Shown here: piece after piece, positions 16,217 through 25,367 of the stretch
Layout of the letters: each line of letters begins with the position of its first letter
How positions within the stretch are numbered: position 1 is the first letter of the stretch
Virus record (IMG/VR): IMGVR_UViG_3300036790_000261
Span: 88,725-122,331 of that record
DNA: 33,607 nucleotides
Strand: one strand, 5' to 3'
Source: a virus
Taxonomy: Duplodnaviria > Heunggongvirae > Uroviricota > Caudoviricetes
Made by a program: the position numbers and the translations under genes
The notes under the pieces: generated by a model
What the model saw: the letters and a program-made list of their open reading frames with translations, nothing else
Databases searched by the model: none
What the model was told of the DNA's origin: nothing

Positions 16217-16677
16217 GCTGTCCCCTCGATCAGTTCGAAGTCGTCGTTCAGGTTGTCGGCGTCGTGATCCCAGTCACCGGCCCAGCGCCAGCGGTTCAGG
16301 TCGACGACGTACAGCGCGTTGTCGTCCGGCGGGCTGTCCAGGTACACGTTCGCCTCGTCTAGCAGCCGCTTTAGTTCGCAGGTGAGGAACTCGTACAGCG
16401 CAGGCCCGGCGAACTCGTCCGCGCTGTGCGCCCCGTTGTCCGCGGACCACACCAGCTCAGCGCCCGCGAAGCTGCGCAGCGGCGGCACGTAGCTGTTCCC
16501 GGTGACGTGCACGACCGGCGTGTTACTTTCGCGGGCAGCGTGCGTCACCAGCACTGCGATCTCATACGCGTACCGCCGCACCAGGCCGTACCCCATGATC
16601 CGCTCGCCGACGAACTGCTTATGGCGGCCGTACTGGTCGGCGCTGTAGCCCTTGCTTGTCAGGTCGTTGTAGCTCAC
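16213..16677 (-). CDS. Hypothetical protein
   Basis: SD AGGGGAAG; high-GC3 codons. Confidence 0.65.
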   Translation of the reverse strand: MSYNDLTSKGYSADQYGRHKQFVGERIMGYGLVRRYAYEIAVLVTHAARESNTPVVHVTGNSYVPPLRSFAGAELVWSADNGAHSADEFAGPALYEFLTCELKRLLDEANVYLDSPPDDNALYVVDLNRWRWAGDWDHDADNLNDDFELIEGTA

Positions 16678-17025
16678 GCGTCTTCCCCTTTCTGTTACAG
16701 GCCGAAGAGAGCCCGGAATTCGGATAGCAGTTCCGTCAGCCGCTCCGCCTCTGCGCTGTCTCCCCGCGCGACAGCCTTTTCTATCGCTGCCTCGTACCGG
16801 GCAGCTAGTTCTCCCGGGGTAGTCTTCCCGCTCACGCGTTCCTTTTTCCTAGGTAGTGGCGGATCAGCTCGCGCATGCTGTCCTTGGTGCCAGCGCGCAG
16901 CAGCGGGGGTACTGCGGTGCCGAACCTGCTGTCGCCGGAGATTCGCGCGTCCCACCGGATACCTGCTGAGTTGAAGCAGGCCGGGTAGACGCTGACTCCC
17001 TTGTACACCCAGGGGGCACGCGTGC

Positions 17026-17682
17026 TCACGCGAGGTCCTTTCGCGTCTTCTCTTCCGGGTAGTCGTCTTCTTCCGCGTGGTCCGGGCTGCCCCCCTGCTC
17101 GGCAAAACCCCCGGCCGCCCACGCCTCGCGTGCTGCCCCGCAGGCGTACTCGTGACCGTAGTAGCCGCCGACGGACTTCACGGTCTCCCACGTCTCGCGG
17201 TCCGGGTAGTCCAGGTAGTCGAGTTCTGTCGCCGTCCACGTGACCAGCTTCTCGATCGCGTAGGTGTACACCTCGCCCTCGACGTACGCCTTCCACGCGT
17301 CCAGCAAGTGCAGGTTTCCCGCCGACGACGCGTTGTCCGGCAGCCCGGCGGCGTAGTCGCGCCACGCCTTGCTGTCGTAGCTGGTGTACCAGTAGCTACC
17401 GGAATAGTAGGTGTCGATGACGGTGACACCGTAGAACGCTTGCAGGTACTTCTCGAACAGCTTCCAGCCTCGTGCCGAGGGTGCGCCGAACCGGCTGACT
17501 GCTTCCTCGACCCGCTCGTCATCCTCGTGCGGCCGGCTATTGCCGTCGATGTGCTTCACGCTTCCGCAGCCGATTCGCAGCAGCGGCGCCTGCCCGTCGT
17601 CGTACGGCTCCTTCGGGTACGGGTCCAGCGCGATGACCAGCCGCATCCCGTTGCACTCTTCCAGGACTTCCTTCTCGCTCAT
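17026..17682 (-). CDS. Hypothetical phage protein
   Basis: SD directly after the palindrome at 17710; WKAYVEGEVYTYAIE...SVGGYYG. Confidence 0.7.
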   Translation of the reverse strand: MSEKEVLEECNGMRLVIALDPYPKEPYDDGQAPLLRIGCGSVKHIDGNSRPHEDDERVEEAVSRFGAPSARGWKLFEKYLQAFYGVTVIDTYYSGSYWYTSYDSKAWRDYAAGLPDNASSAGNLHLLDAWKAYVEGEVYTYAIEKLVTWTATELDYLDYPDRETWETVKSVGGYYGHEYACGAAREAWAAGGFAEQGGSPDHAEEDDYPEEKTRKDLA

Positions 17683-17744
17683 GCCCTTGCCCCTTATCTC
17701 GGTTTGTCAACTGCCAGGTGGCAGTCAGGCGACCGTGCGCCGGC

Positions 17745-18113
17745 CTAGCCCTCTTCCACGGACGGCTGCTGCCAGTCGACCATGTCGAATTCGTCCGGGT
17801 CAGTCAGTTCCTGCGCTTCCTCGTACGCGTCTTCGCGCGTCTCGGCCTCGATCTGTACCGTGTACTCCGCGGTGCGCGTGACGGTCCACGTCCTCATGTC
17901 GCTCATGTCAGTCTCCGTAACTTGGCCGTCCTTGAGTCCTGCCTCGTACGCGTTGGCGAGTGCGTCAGCGACGGTGCCGGCCAGCTTCTGCGAGCTGAAC
18001 GGGCCGAGCATGTCCTCGGCCAGCCCTACTCCGATCGAGTCGCTCCCGCTGCCGCCGGCGCTGTGCAGCACCCACTTGCCGTGCGAGCCGCCTGACTTCC
18101 ACGTGTGCGTCAT
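17745..18113 (-). CDS. Hypothetical protein
   Basis: Acidic C-terminus; operon overlap. Confidence 0.6.
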   Translation of the reverse strand: MTHTWKSGGSHGKWVLHSAGGSGSDSIGVGLAEDMLGPFSSQKLAGTVADALANAYEAGLKDGQVTETDMSDMRTWTVTRTAEYTVQIEAETREDAYEEAQELTDPDEFDMVDWQQPSVEEG

Positions 18114-18409
18114 GCGTAGCTCCCTCGGTAAACGTCGCCCTCGACGTAGTGCATTGTCTCGCCGGTGACCCTGTTTTCCGCTTCCCACAGGTAGTCGTTC
18201 TCCAGGTAGCGCAGGTTCCAGCCTGCGTCGCGCAGCGCGTAAGACAGGTGGTCGTCTGCGTTGTTGCCGAAGAACGCTATCCCGCTAGACGGCTCCTGGA
18301 AGTCATTCAGGATCGCGGCGACGGCATCGACGGTGGACGGCCGCTCTGCGCGGACGCGGGCTAGCGTTGCTGCGTACATCGCCCAGAAGCTTTTGTTGTT
18401 CACGCTCAC
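18110..18409 (-). CDS. Hypothetical protein
   Basis: GTG start; operon overlap. Confidence 0.6.
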   Translation of the reverse strand: MSVNNKSFWAMYAATLARVRAERPSTVDAVAAILNDFQEPSSGIAFFGNNADDHLSYALRDAGWNLRYLENDYLWEAENRVTGETMHYVEGDVYRGSYA

Positions 18410-18654
18410 TCGCCTCCGCTTGGTGCCCAGCCGTGCCACGTCATCGGGTCCTCGGGGGTGCCCGGCTCGGCACTCCAGTTTTCCGCGATGAACTCCTCCC
18501 AGGTGAACTCGTCGTTCCCCCGGTCGTACGCGGTGCCCATCGCGTTCCCGGCGACGTTCAGCAGGTCGGCCTGCTCGTCGTCCAGGTTCAGCTGGGCCTT
18601 CACCCAGTCGATGCCCTGGTTGAGTGCCTGCAGGAACTTCTCTTTCTCGCTCAT
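18406..18654 (-). CDS. Hypothetical protein
   Basis: SD GAGGAAGC. Confidence 0.6.
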   Translation of the reverse strand: MSEKEKFLQALNQGIDWVKAQLNLDDEQADLLNVAGNAMGTAYDRGNDEFTWEEFIAENWSAEPGTPEDPMTWHGWAPSGGE

Positions 18655-18846
18655 GCTTCCTCGTTTCCCTCGCCGCAGGCGCACGGGCAGGGCGAGTCGT
18701 AGTTACGGCGGCCCGGTTCCAGCACCCGCAGCTCGTCACGGGTGTGAATGCCGTCCGGCCAGTACCAGCTGACATGCTGGATGTCCTTGATCGTGTCCTC
18801 GAAAGTCCACGGCATGCTGCTTTCCCCTCCAACTGCCACGCGGCAG

Positions 18847-19161
18847 TCAGGCGTCGTTTTTCTTGCCGGTTGTCACCAGCAGCCACAGCGTGGCGAATGC
18901 CTCGCTGACGTCCTCGTCGGTAGAGCGCTCTTCTCCGGTTACGTGCTGCTCCAGCAGGTTGAGCGCGGCGTTCGGTGTCATGTCAGTTCTCCTCTGTATG
19001 ATCCTGAGGCGGTGCGCCTCGTAGGTGATCAGTCCGCGCCACACAGCGTTGGTGCACGTGAACACCGGGGCGCCGTTAAGCAGGATGCGGACGCTCTCGC
19101 CGTCGTCGTCCACTTTGAACGTGTCGTTGCGCGGCATGCTGAACGGGTCTGTCCAGGCCAT
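18847..19161 (-). CDS. Hypothetical protein
   Basis: The stop overlaps the palindrome at 18832-18847. Confidence 0.6.
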   Translation of the reverse strand: MAWTDPFSMPRNDTFKVDDDGESVRILLNGAPVFTCTNAVWRGLITYEAHRLRIIQRRTDMTPNAALNLLEQHVTGEERSTDEDVSEAFATLWLLVTTGKKNDA

Positions 19162-19162
19162 G

Positions 19163-20677
19163 TCATCCCTCCAGCAGGTGCGAGCCGACGCGCAGCGCGT
19201 TAGCCATCGCGGTCAGCGCGGGGTTGACCGCGCCGATGCTCGGGAACACGGACGTGTCCGCGATGTACAGGTTGCCCAGGTCGTGGCTCTTGCAGTTCGC
19301 GTCCACGACGGAGGTCGCCGGGTCGTCGCCCATCCGCGCGGTCCCCGCCTGGTGCGCCACGCCGGCCAGCGGGACGCGCATCCCCGCGAACACGTTTCGG
19401 TCCATGACATGATGCGCCGCGATCCCGGTGTGGTTCATGATCGTGCGCAGCTCCCGGTAAAGCCCGTCCGCCGCCCGGTCGTTGTTCCGCGCGTAGGAGA
19501 GCCGGATGTCCCCCCCGGACGTCAAAGACACCCGGTTGTACGTCGCCGGGAAGTCCTCGGTGGTCAGCCAGAAGTCAACCGCGTGCGACGCGACCCACGC
19601 CAGCGTCTTGCCCGGGGCCAGTTTCGCCAGGGCGTCCTCGCCGCGCATCGCCTCCGCGCACGACTTGCCCACCATCTGTATCGAGCCGAGCGTGTCGATG
19701 AAGTCATGGAACGCGAGGGTCTTCTGGAAGACGGTGGTGTTCCGCTCCCGGTCGATGGCCAGCACCGCGCGGCTGTTGTGCATCATGAAGTTCGCGCCGA
19801 CCATGCCCGAGCTGTTCGCGATGCCGGAGGCCAGCAGGATCTTCGCGGTGTTCGCCGCGCCCGCCGCCAGGATCACCGTGTCAGCCGTAAAGCTGTCGGT
19901 CCCGCCGTCCTCGATCGCGTACTGGACGTCAACGCGGGTGACCCGCTGCCCGGTGATGTTCGTTCCCAGCTGCACGACTTCCGCGTTGGTGACCAGCGTG
20001 ACGTTCGGCAGGCCCAGGACCGGGCGGATGCCGATCACCTCCGCGTCCGCCTTGGCGTGCAACTGGCACGGGTGCCCGTCGCACGTGTTGCACCGCACGC
20101 ACGGCAGTTCCTTTCCGGGCCCGCTCTCGTTCAGCAGCACCGCGGACGGCGCGTGGAACGGGTGGTAGCCGGCAGCGGCCAGGTCGTCCGAGATCCGCTG
20201 GATATGCGGGCTGTGGCTGACCGCCGGGTACGGGTACTGCTGCGACCACCAGCCCTCGGTGGGGTCCTCGCCGTGGTTCCCGTGCACCTGGTACAGCTGC
20301 TCGGCGCGGGAGTAGAACGGCTCCATGTCGTCGTAGCTGACCGGCCAGGCGGGCGAGATGCCGTCAGCGCTGACGCGCAGCCGGAAGTCGGACGGGCGCA
20401 GCCGGAACAGTGCCGCCCCGTACCGCTTGGTCGCCCCCCCGACGTAGTAGCTCGCGTTCGGCGCGAACGCCTTCCCGTGCCGGTCGTACCAGGTGTCCTG
20501 GCTCACGTACCGGCCGTCGATGAACACCGACTTCGGGTCCCAGTTCTCTCGCTCCTGCGGCAGGAAGTCACCCCGCTCCAGGATCAGGATCTTGCGGCCG
20601 GCCTCCGCGAGCTGGCGGGCGATCGTGCCGCCCCCCGCCCCCGTGCCGATAATGATGAACTCGTACTCGTTGCTCAT
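19163..20677 (-). CDS. GMC-family FAD oxidoreductase
   Basis: IIIGTGAGGG dinucleotide-binding motif, ILILERG, VGGATKRYGA, VILAAGAANTAKILL, HQAGTARMG...VVD, NLYIADTSVFP..GAVNPALT. Confidence 0.92.
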   Translation of the reverse strand: MSNEYEFIIIGTGAGGGTIARQLAEAGRKILILERGDFLPQERENWDPKSVFIDGRYVSQDTWYDRHGKAFAPNASYYVGGATKRYGAALFRLRPSDFRLRVSADGISPAWPVSYDDMEPFYSRAEQLYQVHGNHGEDPTEGWWSQQYPYPAVSHSPHIQRISDDLAAAGYHPFHAPSAVLLNESGPGKELPCVRCNTCDGHPCQLHAKADAEVIGIRPVLGLPNVTLVTNAEVVQLGTNITGQRVTRVDVQYAIEDGGTDSFTADTVILAAGAANTAKILLASGIANSSGMVGANFMMHNSRAVLAIDRERNTTVFQKTLAFHDFIDTLGSIQMVGKSCAEAMRGEDALAKLAPGKTLAWVASHAVDFWLTTEDFPATYNRVSLTSGGDIRLSYARNNDRAADGLYRELRTIMNHTGIAAHHVMDRNVFAGMRVPLAGVAHQAGTARMGDDPATSVVDANCKSHDLGNLYIADTSVFPSIGAVNPALTAMANALRVGSHLLEG

Positions 20678-20820
20678 GCTCTGCCCTTTCGGATTCGCTC
20701 GGTAACGCTCTGCGCGGCCATGATGATGCCGCCCACGGCCGGGAGGAAAACAAGGCCGATGACGTAGCAGGCCAGCTGTGTGTAGTTCATGCCGTTCTCC
20801 TTTCAACTGCCACGCGGCAG

Positions 20821-21195
20821 TCAGCACTCGCCGGTGCTTCCGCCGTTTTGCACGGCCGTGGTCGTGGACACGGAGCCCGCGCCGCTCTCGGTGACGTAGA
20901 ACTGCACGCCTGCGTAGCAGAAGCTGGTGATGTACACCACGGTCCCGCCTGACTGGTACGGGCTGTCCGGGATCTTCGTCCACTGGATGTCCCGCATGTC
21001 CGTCGCCCCGTTCAGCGGGCGCACCGACGGGGCAGGCGGGGGAGGGGGCAACGGCGCGGCCCTGCGCGACGATGAATTCACCGGGGGCGGCGTGCTGCTA
21101 CCTGAGGTAAGGCTGAGGCAAACCGGAACTGTGACGCCTGCGGCAATGAGCAGGCCGGCCGCTACTCCCAGCGTGTTGACGGTGCTGCTTTTCAT
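20821..21195 (-). CDS. Secreted or membrane-anchored Pro-rich protein
   Basis: N-terminal hydrophobic segment; bounded by palindromes on both sides. Confidence 0.6.
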   Translation of the reverse strand: MKSSTVNTLGVAAGLLIAAGVTVPVCLSLTSGSSTPPPVNSSSRRAAPLPPPPPAPSVRPLNGATDMRDIQWTKIPDSPYQSGGTVVYITSFCYAGVQFYVTESGAGSVSTTTAVQNGGSTGEC

Positions 21196-21235
21196 GCTGT
21201 TTCCCTTTCACTTGCGGTCAACTGCCACGCGGCAG

Positions 21236-21544
21236 TTAGCTGGCGACGGACGTCCAGAACTGGCCGAGCTTGATGCTGTGGAAGGTGAATTCGTCTACGG
21301 CCACCCAGCTGCACGGGTTACTTAGCGCTGGCTTTCCGGGGCTAGTGCACAGGTTGATCTGGTACTCGACATCGTTAGCGTCGAACTCCGGTGTAGCGCC
21401 TGCGTAGTCCCACTGCGGGAAGTAATAAGCCTGGTAGACGTACCCGCTGGTTAGGGGCGGGGAGTCAGGGCCAATTGCGCACGCTGTTGCGCTCGCGAGC
21501 ACCCCGGCGATAACGACGGCAGCGGGCAGGATTCTCTTGTTCAT
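21236..21544 (-). CDS. Putative lipoprotein or secreted protein
   Basis: MNKR + hydrophobic stretch + ATAC lipobox-like Cys. Confidence 0.55.
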   Translation of the reverse strand: MNKRILPAAVVIAGVLASATACAIGPDSPPLTSGYVYQAYYFPQWDYAGATPEFDANDVEYQINLCTSPGKPALSNPCSWVAVDEFTFHSIKLGQFWTSVAS

Positions 21545-21627
21545 TCTCTTTCCTTTCACTTACGGTGGGTGAGGTAAGTACGCGACCGCCCAACTGCCAG
21601 CTGGCAGTCAGGCGACCGTGCGCCGGC

Positions 21628-21897
21628 CTACCCGACGGTGTGCGGGCCGTGCGAGTGCGGGAACCGCACCCCCTGCTCCGCCGCCATCTCGTCGACCTGG
21701 TGCCGGCTGAACGGCTCAGGCAGCGGTGCCGCGTCCGTGTCGTACTGCACCGCCCCCGCCTCAACCGTCGAGGCCCCGAGCTTGCGCAGCCACGTCATCA
21801 CGCGGCCGTGCGGCCTGGTGCGCAGCGCTGACGTCAGCCGCTCGCGGCGGTCCCGGTCCTGCTGCCGGGCAATCGCCCGGATCAACTCTGGGTGCAT
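21628..21897 (-). CDS. Hypothetical protein
   Basis: SD after the palindrome at 21920. Confidence 0.55.
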   Translation of the reverse strand: MHPELIRAIARQQDRDRRERLTSALRTRPHGRVMTWLRKLGASTVEAGAVQYDTDAAPLPEPFSRHQVDEMAAEQGVRFPHSHGPHTVG

Positions 21898-21934
21898 GCT
21901 GTTCCCCTTCTCTGTTGTGACTGCCACGTGGCAG

Positions 21935-22627
21935 TTAGAACCTCGCCCGCGGCGCGGCCAGCGCGGTCTCGTAGTTGGGGTGCAGCACCTTGTTGTCCTG
22001 CGCGATCCGCGCCTTCCACTGGTAGAAGCCGATCGGGGCGCCCTCCCACTCGGCGACGAAGCTGACGTAGGCCGGCGCCTTCATCTCGTGGTGGTCGTTG
22101 CGATCCGGCCCGATCTCGGCGACCTTGACGTCCCCCGCCATGAAGTGGAACTCCTCGGGCTCGCCGCTGGTCGGGTGCTTGTGGATGCTGACGGTGTCGG
22201 TCAGCATGACGGTCTCGCCCTCGGCGTGCTCCAGCCGCTCCGGTGACAGGACCTGGTGGCCGGTCAGGTGCGCGGTGTAGAAGCGGTTCAGGTCCGCCCA
22301 CGTCATCTTCAGGTCGGGCCGGTCCTGCGCCGGGTAGCCCGGGTCGTTCGGGTTGACGCACAGCGGCTCGACGGTCACCGTCATCCACGGGAAGAACGGG
22401 AACGAGGTGTACGCGTCGTGGACCGCCTGCACGTCCGCCACGTCCCACAGCGCGATGTGGTTCCTGGTGCCCGGAACACGCCACACCCGGGCGAACTCAC
22501 CCGACTCCAGGTACGGCCGGGCTGCCTCCGCCTCCGCCGCGTACATCTCCTGCTCCCACTGGTCATCCTTCACCAGGTCCCTGGCGGCCGGGAGCCTCAG
22601 GTTCATGCGGACGAGGAACATTGCCAT
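21935..22627 (-). CDS. Muconolactone delta-isomerase (CatC)-like domain plus a C-terminal extension
   Basis: MFLVRM...E...A..Y.ESG...RVWRVPG...IALWDVAD...H....SFPFFPWM.VTVEPL..NPND. Confidence 0.8.
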   Translation of the reverse strand: MAMFLVRMNLRLPAARDLVKDDQWEQEMYAAEAEAARPYLESGEFARVWRVPGTRNHIALWDVADVQAVHDAYTSFPFFPWMTVTVEPLCVNPNDPGYPAQDRPDLKMTWADLNRFYTAHLTGHQVLSPERLEHAEGETVMLTDTVSIHKHPTSGEPEEFHFMAGDVKVAEIGPDRNDHHEMKAPAYVSFVAEWEGAPIGFYQWKARIAQDNKVLHPNYETALAAPRARF

Positions 22628-22680
22628 TGCTTTCTCCTTCTGCTGACTGCCACGCGGCAGTTGGGTGATTGCTGTTTAAG

Positions 22681-22826
22681 GCAGTGCGGCCCGGCGCCTG
22701 TCTAGTAGGCATCGTTTCCGGGATAGCCGGGCCGCACTGCTGCTCTTTGGGCTTGCTGCGGTTAAGGCAGTGCGGCCCGGCGTTCCCAAACTGGGGGACG
22801 TATTAGGACTGGCCGGGCCGCACTGC
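22681..22826 (-). ncRNA. Two-unit TIGR-like stem-loop array (86-nt period)
   Basis: Identical 15-bp stems GCAGTGCGGCCCGGC enclose 30 nt. Minus strand: CCA-GTCCTAATA-CG-tccc-CCA-GTTTGGGAA-CG and CTA-TCCCGGAAA-CG-atgc-CTA-CTAGACAGG-CG. Confidence 0.7.
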
Positions 22827-22840
22827 TGTTCAGGGACGGG

Positions 22841-23119
22841 CTAGAAGCGCCCGACGTAATCGAGGAATTCCTGCACGGCCAGGGTGGTGAACGAAACGCC
22901 CCCCACCACGTCAGCCCCCAGGATCGGGCCGCCGACGAATGAGATCAGGCCGGAGCAGCCGAGCAGGCACATGTGAATGTGCAGCCGCCGCTGCATCTTC
23001 ACTGCCTCCTCCTCTTCCGACTTGACGAACTTGTGCAGCCCGACATCGAGCTTCGCCCGCGTCACGTGGTACCAGCGGGTCATCCGCTCCAGGCAGGACT
23101 TGCGGATCTCGACGATCAT
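22841..23119 (-). CDS. Small membrane protein
   Basis: Hydrophobic C-terminal half. Confidence 0.55.
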   Translation of the reverse strand: MIVEIRKSCLERMTRWYHVTRAKLDVGLHKFVKSEEEEAVKMQRRLHIHMCLLGCSGLISFVGGPILGADVVGGVSFTTLAVQEFLDYVGRF

Positions 23120-23472
23120 TCAATGACCTCGTACTTTCGCTGAGTCGCCATGTACGTAGCGACGATCGGGGCTTTCCCGCTCTGGTTCATGTACGCGAAC
23201 GCCGTCGCCCGGCTCGCGCCGAACAAGTCGAAGTCATCGCAGTACAGGTACCGCATGTCCGGCAGGCACTCGCCGATGGCGGTGATGTGCGACACCACGC
23301 ACGCGTGATCGCTTAGGCACACGATCAGCAGCGGCTTTCCCGTTGACGCCGCGATGATCGCCCCGATCGCGATTCCGTGGTGGTCGCCGGCGACGACGAT
23401 GGCGTCGAACTCGTCTACGTAGTCAGCCAGGTCATCGACGGCCTGGACCGAGTAGTCGTCCGGGGTCGCCAT
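23116..23472 (-). CDS. Phosphoribosyltransferase-like protein
   Basis: FDAIVV...GIAIGAIIAASTGKPLLIV...YLYCDDFDLFGAS (degenerate PRPP-binding loop). Confidence 0.55.
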   Translation of the reverse strand: MATPDDYSVQAVDDLADYVDEFDAIVVAGDHHGIAIGAIIAASTGKPLLIVCLSDHACVVSHITAIGECLPDMRYLYCDDFDLFGASRATAFAYMNQSGKAPIVATYMATQRKYEVIE

Positions 23473-23679
23473 GTCAGTAGCCGTCCTCGATCTGGTGGGC
23501 GCTGGTCATGAGCGCCGCGTACAAGCGCTTGCACCCGCACGCCTTTGCCGCGCTGCACAGCCGGTAGCGCCAGCGGACAGCCCGCAGCAGCCCCGGGGGG
23601 TAGGTGACCGTGATCTCTCCTGTTTGCATGCGGTTTTCCTTTCCTTGTTTTCCTTCAACTGCCGCGTGGCAGTCAGCTG

Positions 23680-24150
23680 TTACTTCCGGCCCGCGATGAG
23701 CATGTCGTGCGGGTCTCGGTACTGCGCTTGCCACTCCGGGGTCCGGCTCTGGTCTTCGTAGTAGCCGCGGTGCGGGTGAAACGGCGCGTACCAGGAACCG
23801 TCCGGCGCCTTGTACCGGGCGAACTCGCGGTTCTCGTGCTCGTCGCACCAATTGATCTTCTCCAGCACCCAGAACATGAGCGCGTCCTTGTTCTTCCTCG
23901 CAAATTCGGGTACGCCAAGCGGAAATTGCAGTGTCCACGGCTCCGGGTACGTGCCGTCCGGTGCCGTCACGGACGAGTTCCGGCCTTCCTTTTCCAGCGT
24001 GACGAGCAGCCTGGACGGGACGTCGTTGGCACCGTAGCCCGGCCAGGGGCTTGCGCTTGCTGACACCGACCAGCCGGGCGGCCAGGTGGTGTCCTCGTTG
24101 AGAAACCGCGCGGAATCCTCGGGGCTAAGCGGGGTACTGCTGTCAGTCAT
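23680..24150 (-). CDS. Hypothetical protein
   Basis: SD AGAAGGGA; high-GC3 codons. Confidence 0.65.
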   Translation of the reverse strand: MTDSSTPLSPEDSARFLNEDTTWPPGWSVSASASPWPGYGANDVPSRLLVTLEKEGRNSSVTAPDGTYPEPWTLQFPLGVPEFARKNKDALMFWVLEKINWCDEHENREFARYKAPDGSWYAPFHPHRGYYEDQSRTPEWQAQYRDPHDMLIAGRK

Positions 24151-24171
24151 GCGTGTGTCCCTTCTCGTTGA

Positions 24172-24258
24172 CCGTTCCGCCCGTTCGGGCACGGAAAAGG
24201 CCGGCGCCAACTGCCACGCGGCAGTCAGCCCCGGCCCCACCGTGAGCTAACGGGTCAG
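24172..24258. repeat. ~87-bp intergenic module, copy 1 (copy 2 at 26760-26846)
   Basis: Identical 31-mer CCGTTCCGCCCGTTCGGGCACGGAAAAGGCC, then the palindrome, then ACCGTGAGCTAACGG. Confidence 0.85.
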
Positions 24259-24431
24259 CTTTCCCCCGTTGTTTCGATCGACCCTTCTACGAAGGTATTG
24301 CGCGCGGTTTCCAGGAGAGCCCCGGCGCTTTCCGGGTCATTGTCTTCCAGGTAGTCGATGGCGTTGTCGATCATTGTCTTGAGGTACCACGCCCAGTAGA
24401 CCGGGCTTTCTTCGCGTATCTGCCTTGCCCC

Positions 24432-25367
24432 CTACTGAACCAGCGTCTTGCCCGACAGCGCGTGCCGCTTGTAGCACTGGCAGCCCTCGTCCTCGGGCAA
24501 GCAGCAGAAAACGCAGCTGAAGCAGTGTTCGCAGTAATCGTCGTCCGGGTACACGCCAACCTGGTCGCATACCGCGCACACCAGTCCGTACGCCTCGTCG
24601 TCCAGCTGGCCGGCGCTGTACGCGTCTTCCGGGTCGTGCGGCATCGTGACCCCTGCGTTCTGCTCGTGGAACAGCAGGTACTTCGCAGTCATCGCGAACG
24701 TGTCACTCAGGTGGGCGTAGCCGCGCTCGGAGTGATAGTCCCCCCGGTAGCCGGCCCCCCAGTTGAACGCCTTGACGCCGAGGTGGTCCAGGTAAGCGAT
24801 GTCGGAGAAGCTGCCCCGCCCGACCTCCGCGCCGCACGCCTCCACCCGCTGGCACGACTCGTCGTCCTCGTACTGGTACATGACGACGTCGGTGCCGCCC
24901 CGGTCGAACTCGATCACGTGGTCGTAGTCCTTGCCCGCCTTGAAGGACTCAGCGGTTGACTGGCCGTCTTCCTCCCCGACGGTGAGCAGCCAGTCGCAGG
25001 TGATCCCGAGTTTCGGCAGCAGGTCCAGGATCACGTACGCGCCTAGCCGGTCGTCGAGTGCCCCGGAAACAACCAGCGGTCCCCCCCGCGTGCGGGAGAA
25101 CCTGGGCGCGCGGCGGTCCGGGCGGACCACGGTGTCCAGGTGCGCGACGGCCAGCACGCTGCTTCCGTTGTCCCGGAAGTGGTAGTAGTCAGCCGCCGGC
25201 CTGCCGCGCCAACTGCCACGTGGCAGTTCACCGGCCCCGGTCTTGACCGTTTCCATCGTGAAGGCGGCCCCGAAGTCCTGCTCCGGCATGGTCAGGACGC
25301 GGGCCAGGTCGCGCTGCCGGTACGCCCCCTGGACTTGACGGGCGACTGAGTTCTTCTTACGCGACAT
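24432..25367 (-). CDS. Zn-dependent peptidase-like protein (M20/M28 clan)
   Basis: AHLDTV, GALDDRLG, GEEDG, EFDRGG, SFSDI and YHS form a metal-ligand pattern. Confidence 0.72.
   Translation of the reverse strand: MSRKKNSVARQVQGAYRQRDLARVLTMPEQDFGAAFTMETVKTGAGELPRGSWRGRPAADYYHFRDNGSSVLAVAHLDTVVRPDRRAPRFSRTRGGPLVVSGALDDRLGAYVILDLLPKLGITCDWLLTVGEEDGQSTAESFKAGKDYDHVIEFDRGGTDVVMYQYEDDESCQRVEACGAEVGRGSFSDIAYLDHLGVKAFNWGAGYRGDYHSERGYAHLSDTFAMTAKYLLFHEQNAGVTMPHDPEDAYSAGQLDDEAYGLVCAVCDQVGVYPDDDYCEHCFSCVFCCLPEDEGCQCYKRHALSGKTLVQ

Noticed and set aside
6894-22826. The 30-nt-loop hairpins as Rho-independent terminators
   Set aside because: The loops are far too long, fixed at 30 nt with internal conserved boxes, and have no poly-U tails.
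25201-25210. TGCCGCGCC matching the reverse complement of one TIGR-like spacer B
   Set aside because: The adjacent 9 bp do not match spacer A on either side, and a GC-rich 9-mer match is expected by chance.
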